A stretch of DNA of 64,000 bases from an uncultured Deferribacteres bacterium (GTDB lineage: Bacteria > Zhuqueibacterota > JdFR-76 > BMS3Abin05), in assembly GCA_964579725.1 (NCBI GenBank), contig CAZOHG010000006.1, forward strand, positions 22,237 to 86,236. The letters are read 5' to 3'. The translations under genes were made by a program, and so were the position numbers. Below the pieces are notes generated by a model, which was given only the letters and a program-made list of their open reading frames with translations, searched no databases and was not told the origin of the DNA. How positions within the stretch are numbered: position 1 is the first letter of the stretch; each line of letters opens with the position of its first letter. Positions 19,663-30,348 of this stretch are shown here, piece after piece.

Positions 19663-21132
19663 CTACTTCAAATCGGGTGAACGCGATTGGGATCTTTTGG
19701 GGCTTGTCGCGAGCGTCGTTCCGATGGCCACAACACCCGCCACCAAAAATGTCATAACCCGGGCCGTGAATTCCTTTTCCAATCCGCTGCTAATCCACAC
19801 AATCGTAAAAACCAGTCCCGTGACAATGGTTACCAGAGCCGCTTTTCCGTTAAACCGTTTCCAAAAAAGGGTGAGCAAAATGACCACGGAAAAGGTTCCG
19901 CCGATGCCCGCCCAAACGTACCCCACAAGCGTGTAGATCAATTTGGAAGGCGAAATGTAAGCCACACCCAACGCCACCACTGCCAGGAGGGCGGTCACAA
20001 TTCGGGAACGCGTCAAGTCCTTCTTCCCTGCAGAACCCCAAAAGGGTTTCATGAGATTTTCCGACAGCTCAGTGGCGGAAAGAATGAGAAGCGAATCGGC
20101 GGTGGAAATCATGGCCGCAATGGCTCCGGTAATCAAGATGGCAGCGATGGCCGGCGGGAACAGGCGTAACATAACGGTTGGCATCACATATTCGGGGTCT
20201 TTCAGTCCGTGGGGTCCGAAAAGAGCCAGACCGATCCAACCAATAGAAAGGGCCCCAATGTACGCCAGTACGGTCCAGGCAATACCAATATTTCTGGCTT
20301 GCCGCGCCTGCTCAGGATTACGAATGGCCATGAAACGCATGCTCAATTGAGGCTGCCCGCCCAAATACCCGAAAAACCAAGAGAGTCCCCCCATGATGGT
20401 AATTCCCAAAGCAAACCCCGACGTTGCCCCCGTAAAGGAATGGTACGAAGGGCCCGCTTTTTGAAGGGCTTGCGGAATGGAATGGGCGAAAACCTCCGGG
20501 GAATGTGCTAACACCACCACACCCACGATGGGGCCTACGACAAGGGTTGTAATCATAACCAGCGCTTGAATCACATCGGTGTAGACCACACTGCGGAATC
20601 CACCGTAGACCGTGTAGGGAACAATAATGAGCGCTGTAATGAGCATTCCCACACGAGGGTCCAAATGGAACAGGGTGAACAGGGTTTTTCCTCCCCCCAA
20701 AAATTGGGCACCCACATAAAAAAAGAAGAAAAAAACAATGGTAAAACTGCCGATTATCCGAATCCACAGACCCAAATCGGCGTGGCGCTTGGCTATGTAA
20801 TCGGTGAACGTATTCACGTCGTAGCGTTCGGCTTCATCCCGAAGACGCCAGGCGATGGCCCACCAGGCGGTGAGGATTCCCGCCACACAGCCAATCGCCG
20901 TCCAAATCCCCGTTAGCCCGGCAGCAAAGGCGAACCCCGGTAAGCCCAAAAGGGCCCAAGACGATTCCCCCGTGGCCCGTTCGGAAAGAGCCGCCGCCCA
21001 CCCGGGAAGATTGCGCCCGGCAATGGCGAAATCTTTGTCCGTTTTTACCTTGCGTCCCTGGTAAATGCCCCAACCAATGAGAAAAATCAAATATCCAACC
21101 ATGACTACCAAAATCTGCGTCTGGTGCGCCAT
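19663..21132 (-). CDS. sodium:solute symporter (SSS family) transporter
   Basis: 489 aa, about 13 TM. N-terminal 'DFAIAGRNLPGW' is typical of SSS/PutP-PanF-like transporters. Confidence 0.8.
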   Translation of the reverse strand: MAHQTQILVVMVGYLIFLIGWGIYQGRKVKTDKDFAIAGRNLPGWAAALSERATGESSWALLGLPGFAFAAGLTGIWTAIGCVAGILTAWWAIAWRLRDEAERYDVNTFTDYIAKRHADLGLWIRIIGSFTIVFFFFFYVGAQFLGGGKTLFTLFHLDPRVGMLITALIIVPYTVYGGFRSVVYTDVIQALVMITTLVVGPIVGVVVLAHSPEVFAHSIPQALQKAGPSYHSFTGATSGFALGITIMGGLSWFFGYLGGQPQLSMRFMAIRNPEQARQARNIGIAWTVLAYIGALSIGWIGLALFGPHGLKDPEYVMPTVMLRLFPPAIAAILITGAIAAMISTADSLLILSATELSENLMKPFWGSAGKKDLTRSRIVTALLAVVALGVAYISPSKLIYTLVGYVWAGIGGTFSVVILLTLFWKRFNGKAALVTIVTGLVFTIVWISSGLEKEFTARVMTFLVAGVVAIGTTLATSPKRSQSRSPDLK

Positions 21133-21387
21133 TTTCGCTCCTCAAATCGTTTTTCTCCCGCTTCCCGCTTCGAAAGAAATGTAAGGAATTCCACCGAATG
21201 AGTCAATGAAAAAGTTGGGGAGGGTGGCAGCTTGATTTTGCAGAAGTGCCTCCACAAAACGGAGGCCGGCACACCATTCTCTTGAAAAAGTTGCGCCTAT
21301 TTCGTATTTAAATAAATAGTTGGGGAATCATCTCGCAAAATACGGTTTTGAGCGCCGGGTAACGATGCATTCTTGTTTTATTTTTCG

Positions 21388-21984
21388 CTATTTCAAAAGC
21401 AGCAGTTTCCTGGTCCGGGAATATCCATTGGCTGTTTTTAACTGACAAAAATAGACACCTGAACCCACGCCATTCCCTGAGTCGTCCTTTCCGTCCCAGA
21501 TGATCGAATGCTCTCCCGCTGATTCCTTTTTCTGCACCAAATGTCGAACAATTCGGCCCAAAAGGTCAACAATCGATAAATTGACCCGACCGCCAACACC
21601 GAGCCGGTATTTGATTGTTGTTGACGCATTGAACGGATTGGGATAGTTCTGAAACAGTTCGAAACGATCGGGCTGGGTTGTATTGGCAGCGTTCTCCCCA
21701 CCCGTTGGCCCTGCTACGCTTAACGTTGTCCCGCTACTGTAATTCCCGAAGGCATCATAACAGAAATCAGTGTAATAAAGGTTATTTTCAAGAGTGGTGT
21801 CGTGAGTAGCGCTGGTATCTGTTCCATCATAAAGCAATTCACCATCTAAGGGAGTGGCAGGGAAGTGACTGGTACTGTAACGAATCATCGTTCCAACAAA
21901 ATCAGCGTCCGGCGGATTCGTCCAGGTTAGACAAACTCGACTCCGTAAATCAACATGTACAAAAAATATACCACAAGCATGCAA
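21388..21984 (-). CDS. T9SS C-terminal sorting domain protein, apparently 5'-truncated (possible gene remnant)
   Basis: C-terminal 'FELFQNYPNPFNASTTIKYRL...GVYFCQLKTANGYSRTRKLLLLK' is the CTD. The ORF has no signal peptide, begins inside an FN3-like module ('LTWTNPPDADFVGTMIRY'), and an in-frame TAA lies immediately upstream. Confidence 0.45.
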   Translation of the reverse strand: MHACGIFFVHVDLRSRVCLTWTNPPDADFVGTMIRYSTSHFPATPLDGELLYDGTDTSATHDTTLENNLYYTDFCYDAFGNYSSGTTLSVAGPTGGENAANTTQPDRFELFQNYPNPFNASTTIKYRLGVGGRVNLSIVDLLGRIVRHLVQKKESAGEHSIIWDGKDDSGNGVGSGVYFCQLKTANGYSRTRKLLLLK

Positions 21985-22642
21985 GCGGGATTAAAGTCTT
22001 GTTTAACATAGAGATTGGCATGTTCTTCAGATGAAAAATGTACGGAGATGCATTTTATTTTGTACCTGTTGGGACATATCGGTGTACTTGATCCGCAAGG
22101 TTGGGGCATATCAATATTTGAAAAAATCTAATTGGATTTTTTAATTTCACATCTGCCTGGTTTGTCATTCTGTCAGAATCCGGTTCGGGGGTTTCAATGA
22201 TATTGCAAAATCAAACAAGATTCCTGCTGAATGACAGAAAACAACATGAGGACGAATACTTGACTGAATTCAATCTAAATAGCCAACAAAAACAGACCCG
22301 TTAAACTCAGCTCCAACGATTTCAGACAGGTCACTCCGAAAGAATCTGGATGTGTGGGTGGAAAGTTCTTCCCAAATAGAGCCTCTGGTAAATAAACCCA
22401 TTTGCCCAAACAAACTTAATTCCTCCAATTATTGAACGTTTGCCTTTTTTGCCAATCTACCCGCTTCACCTGTCTACTTCGGTGCGCTTGCACCATGCTC
22501 CACTTTCTCGCGTGGTTTTCTTCAAACCCATCCTTGCCCGTAACACCCCTGCCTATTCGTTATCTTTCCATCGGCTTGGGCAATAGGAGCTCTTCGTGCT
22601 CAGCTAAAACTCACGTCTCAGGGCTATTGTGCGTGCAGGGCA

Positions 22643-22676
22643 CACAAAAAAGCCCGTTGGTTTCCCAACGGGCTTT
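22643..22676 (-). terminator. rho-independent terminator of the 1382-aa T9SS cargo gene
   Basis: On the minus strand, AGCCCGTTGG-GAAA-CCAACGGGCT (10-bp GC-rich stem) is followed by UUUUUUGUGUG. It lies 20 nt after the stop codon at 22695. Confidence 0.7.
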
Positions 22677-22694
22677 CGTTAGACCTTGGGTTCT

Positions 22695-25600
22695 TTACCG
22701 CATGAGCAATATTTTCAGGGTTTGGTGGAATCCTTTGGCTTTCATTTGTACAAAATACATCCCGCCACCTACTTCCCGGCCAGACAGGTTTCGGGTATCC
22801 CAGGTTACGTGGTACACACCCGGTTTGCACACCCGATCAAAAAGAACGGCGACTTTTTGTCCCAGTACATTGTACACAGCCAAAGTCACTCGACTTTTTA
22901 CCGGAACAGCAAAGGGGATTGTCGTAGTGGGGTTAAATGGATTCGGGTAATTTTGCTTCAAAGCAAATCGTTTTGGAGCCGCCAACACCGCTTTCACGCT
23001 TTCCGAGAAAGTTGTCGTCCCGTTTACGTCGACCTGTTTCAGTCGGTAGAAGTAGGTACCCACTTCCTCCGGGCCATCCGTAAAGGAATACACTCTTTCC
23101 GAAGAACTGGTGCCATGTCCCTTTACAAATCCCACTTTTACCCAGCCTGCGTCGGGGGCGTCCGATTTGCGTTGAATTTCAAAGCCCAGATTGTTGCTCT
23201 CCGAAGCGGTGCTCCAAGTCAGCGTAATCGCACCGTCCGAAACGGACGCCGAGAAGTCGGCCAATTCAACCGGCAGGGTATTGTCAACCCCGGGGGTTCC
23301 CAACTCGGTGGCTCCCGGATCCCACCCATGGGATGTGGTAGCGGTTGACCAATTCTCGGGAAGCGATCCGTCCCCTGGGGGCATATTCCGCACCATTGAG
23401 GCAAATCGCAATGAATCTCCTGCAAACACAGGGCCATTGTCTCCGGCCACATCCACCCAAATAGTACCCGGGTCGTAGGAATGTCCGGTTGAAAGCAGGA
23501 CAAAGAAGCTCCGGGGATTGAGGATTAACTCCGGCCAAACAATATTGGGCCGGACAGCGATTTCCGAGGAATCGGCAGAAAAATGACTGATCAGGAAGAA
23601 GCCTTCAGCCGGAATAACCGAACCAAATGGGAACTGCAAGGTTCGATCGCCGTAAAGCGAATCCCGAATTGTCAGCACCCAGTTGCTGATGTCCACAGAA
23701 TCGGGTGTCAGGTTGCGAAGCTCAATCCATTGATCCAGCCGACTGCGGTGAGAGCCCATCCACATTATTTCATTGAAGACAACTCTTCCCTCAACGGCAT
23801 TGGAAAGATGAAACGTCAGGTCGATATTTTGTCCGGGCACAGGGGTGACAATTTGAGCGGAATCGGCTGTTGAAACACCGTCCCAATATTGCGTTTGCCA
23901 ATTTCCCATGGGGTCAAATGCCTTAAAAATGTAGGCATTTTGGGGGAGGCTTTCGAAGCTGAACCAGCCCTCTTCGTTGCTGTACGCGAAGAAAGAATCG
24001 ACTCCACTGGTGTCCAATGCGACAATTTCAATGCCATTTACGGGGTAGCCGTGGATTGAAAGCACGCGCCCCTCAACATGGGCAGAAGCCAGAAGCGTGG
24101 CATCCACGTGTTTAACTGTGTCGGAAACCATGACATGAATTGTGTCGGCCTGATCAAAAGTGGATTTGTTGTTCCAATATTGTGGCATGTAATTCCAGTA
24201 CGGAACAAATTGTACCACATAAGAACCGGGCGGGAGAGCGTGCGTTATGTAATTGCCGGCAGAATCCGCCGACACGATGTCGACCTGGGCTTGGTTCAAA
24301 TCCCAGACGCTGATGTCCACCTCAACGCTGGAATCCTGTCCGGCACTGACATGCCCGCTAATAAATCCGCCGCGTTGGAGATCAAAATCAACCGTATCGG
24401 CCACACTGGCATTAACAATATCGATCGGGGTTACATTTCCGCCCTGGTCAATAAAACCGTTGTTCCGAAATTGGTGAGAAAAATATTGTCGCACCCATCC
24501 TTGCTGCGACGGGACGTACACCTCGTAGCGCCCATCTTGTACATGAATGGCGTAGTGGCCTTCGGCATCGGTCGTATCCGAACGCCAGTAATCCTGCATG
24601 CCGCCCCAGGGGTCGCTTTGCCAGGCGTGAGCCTTTACCACCAGACCTGGGAGACCCATTTCGCTGGCGGCATCGCGCACTACTCCCGCAATCACCCCGT
24701 TTTCCAAGATAGGATTGAGGTAAAAATCAATGCGCAAGGAATCGCCTTCGTTTAATGTGAGCGTGTCGGCCTGGTCCTCTCTAATTTTCGAATTGTACCA
24801 CTGCGTTTGAAAACCCTCCGCAGATGCCATCAAGATGTACCGTCCGGGTGGAATCTGCCCGAAATAATACATTCCGGACGAATCCATCATAGCCGGAATC
24901 ATCTGCCAATTATCGACGGACTGTAGCTGCACAATGGCATTATGAAGCGGGTAAGGACCTTGGGGATCGTTGGCGTAAACCGCACCCTTCAATCTTGCCG
25001 GCGTCTGAAGCATAAAATCAATAGGCTGCGTTGTGTCGGGTGCCGTTACATAAACGGTATCGGCATCCATTTCATTCAAGGCATTGTCGTAATAGACCCC
25101 TGCCATCCTATTGGTGTCGGTCACGGCGCGAACAAAATAGGCTCCGTCGGGTAGAGGCGGGGACACGTAGTGCCCGTTTTCATCCGTCTTCGTTTTGGCA
25201 TAAAATTGCGGCCCGAATTGCGAAAGTAGGTGGAATTCCACGGGCATTCCGGAAACCGGTTGTCCGCTTTGCTGGACAACCCCCGCAATGAAACCGGCCG
25301 GATGAACCGTAAGGTCGATGTCACTTTGGGTGCTACCTGAGGCAACCTGAACCGGATCGGCCGAATCCCAATTGGCTTTGTGATTGTAAAATTCTCCGGA
25401 CATCCCGTGCTGCGAAGGGACCCGAACAAAATAGGCACCATCGGGCAACGGGCCGACCGAGTAATGTCCGGCATTGTCGGTCGTATCTCTCCAGACATTT
25501 CCGCCGTCCATCATCCGAACCACCACTACAAAACCGGCCATTGGGGTCATTTGTTCATCGGTCACCGTACCTGAAATAAATCCACCCTGAACAAAATTGA

Positions 25601-26843
25601 AATAGACGGAATCTCCGGGACTGACCTGGTGCATCGGGAAAACCCTCAAGGTGTACCCCAATTGCATCATGCTGTCGACTTGTTCATTATCCAGGTTCGG
25701 CCAGTAATTTTGTCCCATTGAAGAAACAGGAACCGAAAAACCGCCATTGGTATCGGAGTAAGCCTGTCCAGTTCCCACAGACGTGTCGGTCATAAAAACG
25801 CGAAACGGCCTCTGGGGCACTTCTGTTCCGTTAATGCGGATTTTACCCGCAATGCTGGCATCGGCAGGATACAAAGCAAAGGTAAAATTCAAGGAATCTC
25901 CGGGACTGATTTGGAATTTGCGGCTTGGCGGGTAAAGAAAGTGTCCTTCAATAAATGGCCCACCAACTCCGATTTCTCCGAAGGTGGGAGAATCCAATTG
26001 AAGGGGCACAAAAAAGGTGCCATCGGTATTCACATCGTAACTATTATCGAACCCATTCATGAGGTGCACCCACACGTCGCCGACGCCAATGGGCATCTCG
26101 GTTCTGGCGTCCAAAACCCTTCCCGCCAACTTCGTGTTGGCCTCCTGAAAAACGAAATTCACATTGGAATAGCTTTGATCCAGAGTCAGGATAGTATCAT
26201 GCGGAACCGGGATGTATTGGGGCAAAGCATTCCCTTCAAATCGAATCTTCCATTCCGACCCGGTCGCTGTGGAATCGAAGGCAATGGTGTAGTTTCCTGC
26301 GGAATCGGTGAGTGCTGCCCAAAAAACCATGGAAGTATCCGCCTCCATTTCCGCTTGCAAATATAAATTGGCGGGGCTCACGCCCGGCGGAACGGTTACC
26401 TTTCCCGAAACCGTGAATGCCGGTTGAGGCAAAGGATTGACCGTCACATCGCTGGTGTCTGAGTCCATCCCAACGGTGGCCGCCATGAGATAATGAGCCG
26501 GAGCCAAGCCGGCCTTAATTCGAAGATAAATCTGTCCGTTAACCATGCCATCCATATCCGGAGGGTCACCCATTTCCCCGTCGGTTTGGCTGAATTTAAA
26601 AAGAACCATATCGGAATCCGGGTCAATTCGATTGTTGTTGTTCAAATCAACCCAAATTTCGTTGGCGGACGTGCCCCCGGGGGGCAAGGTGATTTGCCAC
26701 CACAACGTGTCCCCCTGTGTCATGACGGCACCGTGCTGTTGCCCGTTGAGCATGACGTCCACACCCCCCTGAGCAAAAATCGGTCGTCCGATCAGGACAA
26801 GGGACAAAAACATCCCCAGCGCAAACCATTTCACTTTTCCCAT
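22695..26843 (-). CDS. 1382-aa T9SS-secreted multidomain protein (CarboxypepD_reg-like repeats plus lamin-tail domain plus CTD)
   Basis: Signal peptide 'MGKVKWFALGMFLSLVLIGRPIFAQG'. Repeated 'GxVxD...PxxGxxV' beta-sandwich modules. Lamin-tail domain 'RVVFNEIMWMGSHRSRLDQWIELRNLTPDSVDISNWVL'. CTD 'LKQNYPNPFNPTTTIPF...KILLMR'. Confidence 0.8.
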   Translation of the reverse strand: MGKVKWFALGMFLSLVLIGRPIFAQGGVDVMLNGQQHGAVMTQGDTLWWQITLPPGGTSANEIWVDLNNNNRIDPDSDMVLFKFSQTDGEMGDPPDMDGMVNGQIYLRIKAGLAPAHYLMAATVGMDSDTSDVTVNPLPQPAFTVSGKVTVPPGVSPANLYLQAEMEADTSMVFWAALTDSAGNYTIAFDSTATGSEWKIRFEGNALPQYIPVPHDTILTLDQSYSNVNFVFQEANTKLAGRVLDARTEMPIGVGDVWVHLMNGFDNSYDVNTDGTFFVPLQLDSPTFGEIGVGGPFIEGHFLYPPSRKFQISPGDSLNFTFALYPADASIAGKIRINGTEVPQRPFRVFMTDTSVGTGQAYSDTNGGFSVPVSSMGQNYWPNLDNEQVDSMMQLGYTLRVFPMHQVSPGDSVYFNFVQGGFISGTVTDEQMTPMAGFVVVVRMMDGGNVWRDTTDNAGHYSVGPLPDGAYFVRVPSQHGMSGEFYNHKANWDSADPVQVASGSTQSDIDLTVHPAGFIAGVVQQSGQPVSGMPVEFHLLSQFGPQFYAKTKTDENGHYVSPPLPDGAYFVRAVTDTNRMAGVYYDNALNEMDADTVYVTAPDTTQPIDFMLQTPARLKGAVYANDPQGPYPLHNAIVQLQSVDNWQMIPAMMDSSGMYYFGQIPPGRYILMASAEGFQTQWYNSKIREDQADTLTLNEGDSLRIDFYLNPILENGVIAGVVRDAASEMGLPGLVVKAHAWQSDPWGGMQDYWRSDTTDAEGHYAIHVQDGRYEVYVPSQQGWVRQYFSHQFRNNGFIDQGGNVTPIDIVNASVADTVDFDLQRGGFISGHVSAGQDSSVEVDISVWDLNQAQVDIVSADSAGNYITHALPPGSYVVQFVPYWNYMPQYWNNKSTFDQADTIHVMVSDTVKHVDATLLASAHVEGRVLSIHGYPVNGIEIVALDTSGVDSFFAYSNEEGWFSFESLPQNAYIFKAFDPMGNWQTQYWDGVSTADSAQIVTPVPGQNIDLTFHLSNAVEGRVVFNEIMWMGSHRSRLDQWIELRNLTPDSVDISNWVLTIRDSLYGDRTLQFPFGSVIPAEGFFLISHFSADSSEIAVRPNIVWPELILNPRSFFVLLSTGHSYDPGTIWVDVAGDNGPVFAGDSLRFASMVRNMPPGDGSLPENWSTATTSHGWDPGATELGTPGVDNTLPVELADFSASVSDGAITLTWSTASESNNLGFEIQRKSDAPDAGWVKVGFVKGHGTSSSERVYSFTDGPEEVGTYFYRLKQVDVNGTTTFSESVKAVLAAPKRFALKQNYPNPFNPTTTIPFAVPVKSRVTLAVYNVLGQKVAVLFDRVCKPGVYHVTWDTRNLSGREVGGGMYFVQMKAKGFHQTLKILLMR

Positions 26844-27555
26844 ACGAACCACTCCTCTTTTTGTTTGGCAATCCTTTTCATCTGCCGCCCGACAGATGCC
26901 ATTACCCATCACACTTAAATCAATGAAACATCCCCAAACCTCCGCGGCAAACACCACCATTTTATTTGAGCCGGAACGCCGTGAAACGAGCCGGGCTCTG
27001 GGTCTTCTGTTTAGCTTTCCAAAAACCGAATGAAATTTCTTGGAGGAATGAAACCAGTTTTGTCATCTTACATTTGGGACGGACCTTAAAGTGATTTTCA
27101 CCACGTTGAAACCTATTTCTATTCTATCGGCATTTTTTGTACAAATTGTATACCAAATTTTAAAATTTTTTCCTCCAATCTGTTCCCCCTAACCGATTGA
27201 TTTCATTCATTCAAAAAATAGCCTTGCCCGACCATCTTTTCACCCTAAGACAAAGTGGTCTATTCTTAGGACAAAATGACAGGAAGATGGTTAAAAATCG
27301 TGCAGTTTAATTCCGTTTTGCGGATATTTTACTCGGGAACGGAAGTGTGCGCGTACAAGAAGGGTGGCAGAAGCCGTAGGAAATTTATAGGTGAAATTTA
27401 TGCGGATTTTCCCTCGTGTTCTCTTTGAGCCATTGTTTCTTGAATGAAACAGTTTGACCAACTCAAAAATGGGAAAAGGGAATGAAAAATCCCTGCCCCC
27501 AACCGGAAACCCGGGGCCTTTTTCTTTCGGTTCGAAGGTCTTCTCTAAACGGCAC

Positions 27556-30255
27556 CTATTTTCTGCGTTCGTAAAGCAGCTTCAGCAGGGTTGGTAGAAG
27601 TGTGACCGACAGCACGAAACAGAAACCAATACCGATTGCCAGCAGTTCACCCAAACCGGCGTAGCCGCGGTAGCGGGACAACATCAGAGAACCGAAGCCA
27701 AGCAATGTAGTCACAGAGGTTAAAAAAATGGCTTTTCCGATACTGGACAGGACATACGGTAGGGAGCCCTTTCCTTCTATCTGGTAGCGGTGAATAATGT
27801 GAACGCCGTCGTCAATTCCAATCCCCAAAATCAGCGGAAAGCCCATGACGTTGACAATCGTCAGGGGAATGTGGAAAAGTCCCATGGTACCCAACAGCCA
27901 AATAGCGGACACCAACAGAGGCGTCATGGCCAAAAAGGTCGTCCCCACCTTTTTGAAATCCAGAAGTAACAAAAACAGAATAGCCAAAAAGGCAAACAGA
28001 AACGCCTGCTTCCCCTGTCGGGCAGCTTCGCGAACCAGCGATTTCATAAAAACCGGCGTTCCGGTGATGCCGGGGATGCCACGCGTTACGTTTTCAAGGT
28101 AGTTGGTTGTCACCAGGCCTTCCCAAAGATTTCGATTTGTGTAAATGAGGATTAAAAAATGGCGTCCGTCGCGACTGACAAAGCGATTTTTCACGGCCTG
28201 CGGCACTTGATCCATGGTAATGGACTCGGGATTGGCCATGCGAGCAATGCGTTTCCTCATGAACCTGACGAACAGGCTTTGGTACCGCGATAGGCGATTC
28301 AATGCTTCGGGGGAATCCTCCAATATGCGGAGGAGGCTCTGAATTTTATTTTCGCTGACCTGCTTGCCCGCCTCGTTTAACCCCAAAAATCGGTCACATT
28401 TGGCCACCACGCGATCCAATCCCCCCATAAACGCCAATTGAGCCATTTCGTCAATATTGTCCTGAAAACGCTGCAGTTCCGCCTTGAGGCTATTCAACGA
28501 AATGGGTTTTGGCGGCGGCACTTCTGCTTGAGCGCGCTTGATTTTTCTCACCCAGGGGCGGCGCTTCTGTTGTTTCGATTGAGGCGGTAAGAATTTCGTA
28601 ATGGATTCCACCAGCCCCACGGTAGAACGTGTGTCCAACATCTCGGTGTACCGATCGGCTTCCGCCAGACTGTTGGCGACTAACATGAGGTTGTCGGCAG
28701 ACAGGTTCATTCGCCTGGCAATTTCATTTTGGAGACGGACGGACTCCAGCCCCTTGGCTTCCAAATTCATGTAATTGCTGTTCATGTGCACCCGCGGCAT
28801 TTGAGTGACCAGAAAAAACGTGAGTAGAATGAGAATGCCGAGGCTGCCCCAGGGATGTGCCGAAAGGCTGTTGCCCAATTTCCCCAAAAAACGGAATTCC
28901 ATATTGACTTCTTTGAGTTCCTCCCTCTTCTTAAATTTCAGGCGGATTTTTTCCTGCAACACAAGAACGGCGGGCAGAAAAAATAAGGAAGCCGCCAGAC
29001 AGGTCAAAATTCCGATCCCGGCCACGACTCCCCATTCCCGAAAAGCCTCAAAAGAGGTCAACGTCAGCGTTAAGAACGCCACTGCCGTGGTCAAAGCACC
29101 CGTCACAACCCCCATTCCGACCCGCGAAAAGGCCTCCACAAGCGCCTGCTCAATGGAATGGCGCTTGTGCCGGAATTCGGAATAGGCCGAAATCAAATGA
29201 ATGGCGTAATCCACGCCAAGCCCCAGTAAAATAATGGACATAAAGGCCGTCATAATATTCAGGCGGCCAAAAATCATCTGTGCAATCCCGATGTCCCAGG
29301 TAATGCCGGCAGCCAACACAAGCATGGCAATCAGGGGGGCGGTTACCATGCGAAATGACAAAATAAAAACAACCAAAATGATTAAAAAGGCCATTCCCGT
29401 ATTGCGTTCGGTATCCTCCGTCCCTGTCACCATTTCGTCGCGGCTGACCACGTGCATGCCGGTCATGCCGAAATGTACGTCGGGGTACTGGCGACCGAAT
29501 TCCCGCAGCTTGGCGTCAATGGCATTCACCCCCTCTACCACGGGTTGAATATCGCTAATACTCATGGTAGGTGTCAGCATCATGAGAAGCATTTTTTTGT
29601 CGTTGGACAGATAATAGCCGCTTCCCGTGGTGAGACCGTTTACAGCTTTTGGCACAATTTTCGGTGCAGCGCTGGAATCGGCAACGGCAGCGCCCAGAGA
29701 GTTAACAAAGCCGAACATGCCGTCTAACGATTGGACGGCCTCTTTTTCCTGACGCGTGAGGCTTTCGGAACTGCTGGTGTATTCCGATTCGAAAAGATCG
29801 TTGACATGCCGCAGAAAAGGCACCAGATTGTAATCGGTAAACAACGGCGCCATTTTTTTCAGGTCGCTGACCTTTTCCAATAAAAGTCCGTGCTGATTCA
29901 CAAAACTGGTGTCGTATTTAAAATCTACCCGCCGCACCCATTTTTTCAGCGCGGCCAATTGGGGGGCCACCGCCTCCGCCACCTCTTCCACGCGGGTTTC
30001 GCTGGGCCCGTCTAACGCTACAATAATTTGCGTGGCGTCCCCAAATTCATCCAAAATTTTCTGAAAAGTCGCCACACTGGGGTCATTTTCAGGCAAAATG
30101 GCCATCCAGGTGCTGTCCATTCGAATTTTACCGGCAAAATAGCCCAAAATAATCGTGACCAAAAGGCCGGCGAAAAGCCACAAGAAATAATGCCTGTAGG
30201 TCGTGTGCCCCAACCAAGGGAAAAATCTTTTTCGCATCGGCTGTTCCTTTGTCAT
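27556..30255 (-). CDS. MMPL/RND-superfamily exporter (HpnN-like, two SSD halves)
   Basis: 899 aa with 12 TM in two 6-TM bundles and large periplasmic loops. It is the last gene of the TetR / LolA-like / beta-barrel / MMPL operon. Confidence 0.8.
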   Translation of the reverse strand: MTKEQPMRKRFFPWLGHTTYRHYFLWLFAGLLVTIILGYFAGKIRMDSTWMAILPENDPSVATFQKILDEFGDATQIIVALDGPSETRVEEVAEAVAPQLAALKKWVRRVDFKYDTSFVNQHGLLLEKVSDLKKMAPLFTDYNLVPFLRHVNDLFESEYTSSSESLTRQEKEAVQSLDGMFGFVNSLGAAVADSSAAPKIVPKAVNGLTTGSGYYLSNDKKMLLMMLTPTMSISDIQPVVEGVNAIDAKLREFGRQYPDVHFGMTGMHVVSRDEMVTGTEDTERNTGMAFLIILVVFILSFRMVTAPLIAMLVLAAGITWDIGIAQMIFGRLNIMTAFMSIILLGLGVDYAIHLISAYSEFRHKRHSIEQALVEAFSRVGMGVVTGALTTAVAFLTLTLTSFEAFREWGVVAGIGILTCLAASLFFLPAVLVLQEKIRLKFKKREELKEVNMEFRFLGKLGNSLSAHPWGSLGILILLTFFLVTQMPRVHMNSNYMNLEAKGLESVRLQNEIARRMNLSADNLMLVANSLAEADRYTEMLDTRSTVGLVESITKFLPPQSKQQKRRPWVRKIKRAQAEVPPPKPISLNSLKAELQRFQDNIDEMAQLAFMGGLDRVVAKCDRFLGLNEAGKQVSENKIQSLLRILEDSPEALNRLSRYQSLFVRFMRKRIARMANPESITMDQVPQAVKNRFVSRDGRHFLILIYTNRNLWEGLVTTNYLENVTRGIPGITGTPVFMKSLVREAARQGKQAFLFAFLAILFLLLLDFKKVGTTFLAMTPLLVSAIWLLGTMGLFHIPLTIVNVMGFPLILGIGIDDGVHIIHRYQIEGKGSLPYVLSSIGKAIFLTSVTTLLGFGSLMLSRYRGYAGLGELLAIGIGFCFVLSVTLLPTLLKLLYERRK

Positions 30256-30348
30256 TGTTTGGGAAGGAAATCCCGGCTTTTTTTCGCGCTTTGTGTCCGG
30301 TTCACCCCCGCCAGTGGCTAAACGCCCACGGGAGGAGTTTCCCCCGGC

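Noticed and set aside
23583-26918. Multiple 70-225-aa ORFs on the + strand (e.g. 24078-24755, 25911-26366, 26493-26918)
   Set aside because: All are antisense shadows inside the 1382-aa T9SS cargo gene.
27244-27270. CCTAAGA-N13-TCTTAGG inverted repeat as a regulator site
   Set aside because: Only the 7-bp arms are palindromic, it is an isolated occurrence, and it lies about 400 bp from the nearest start codon, so support is insufficient.
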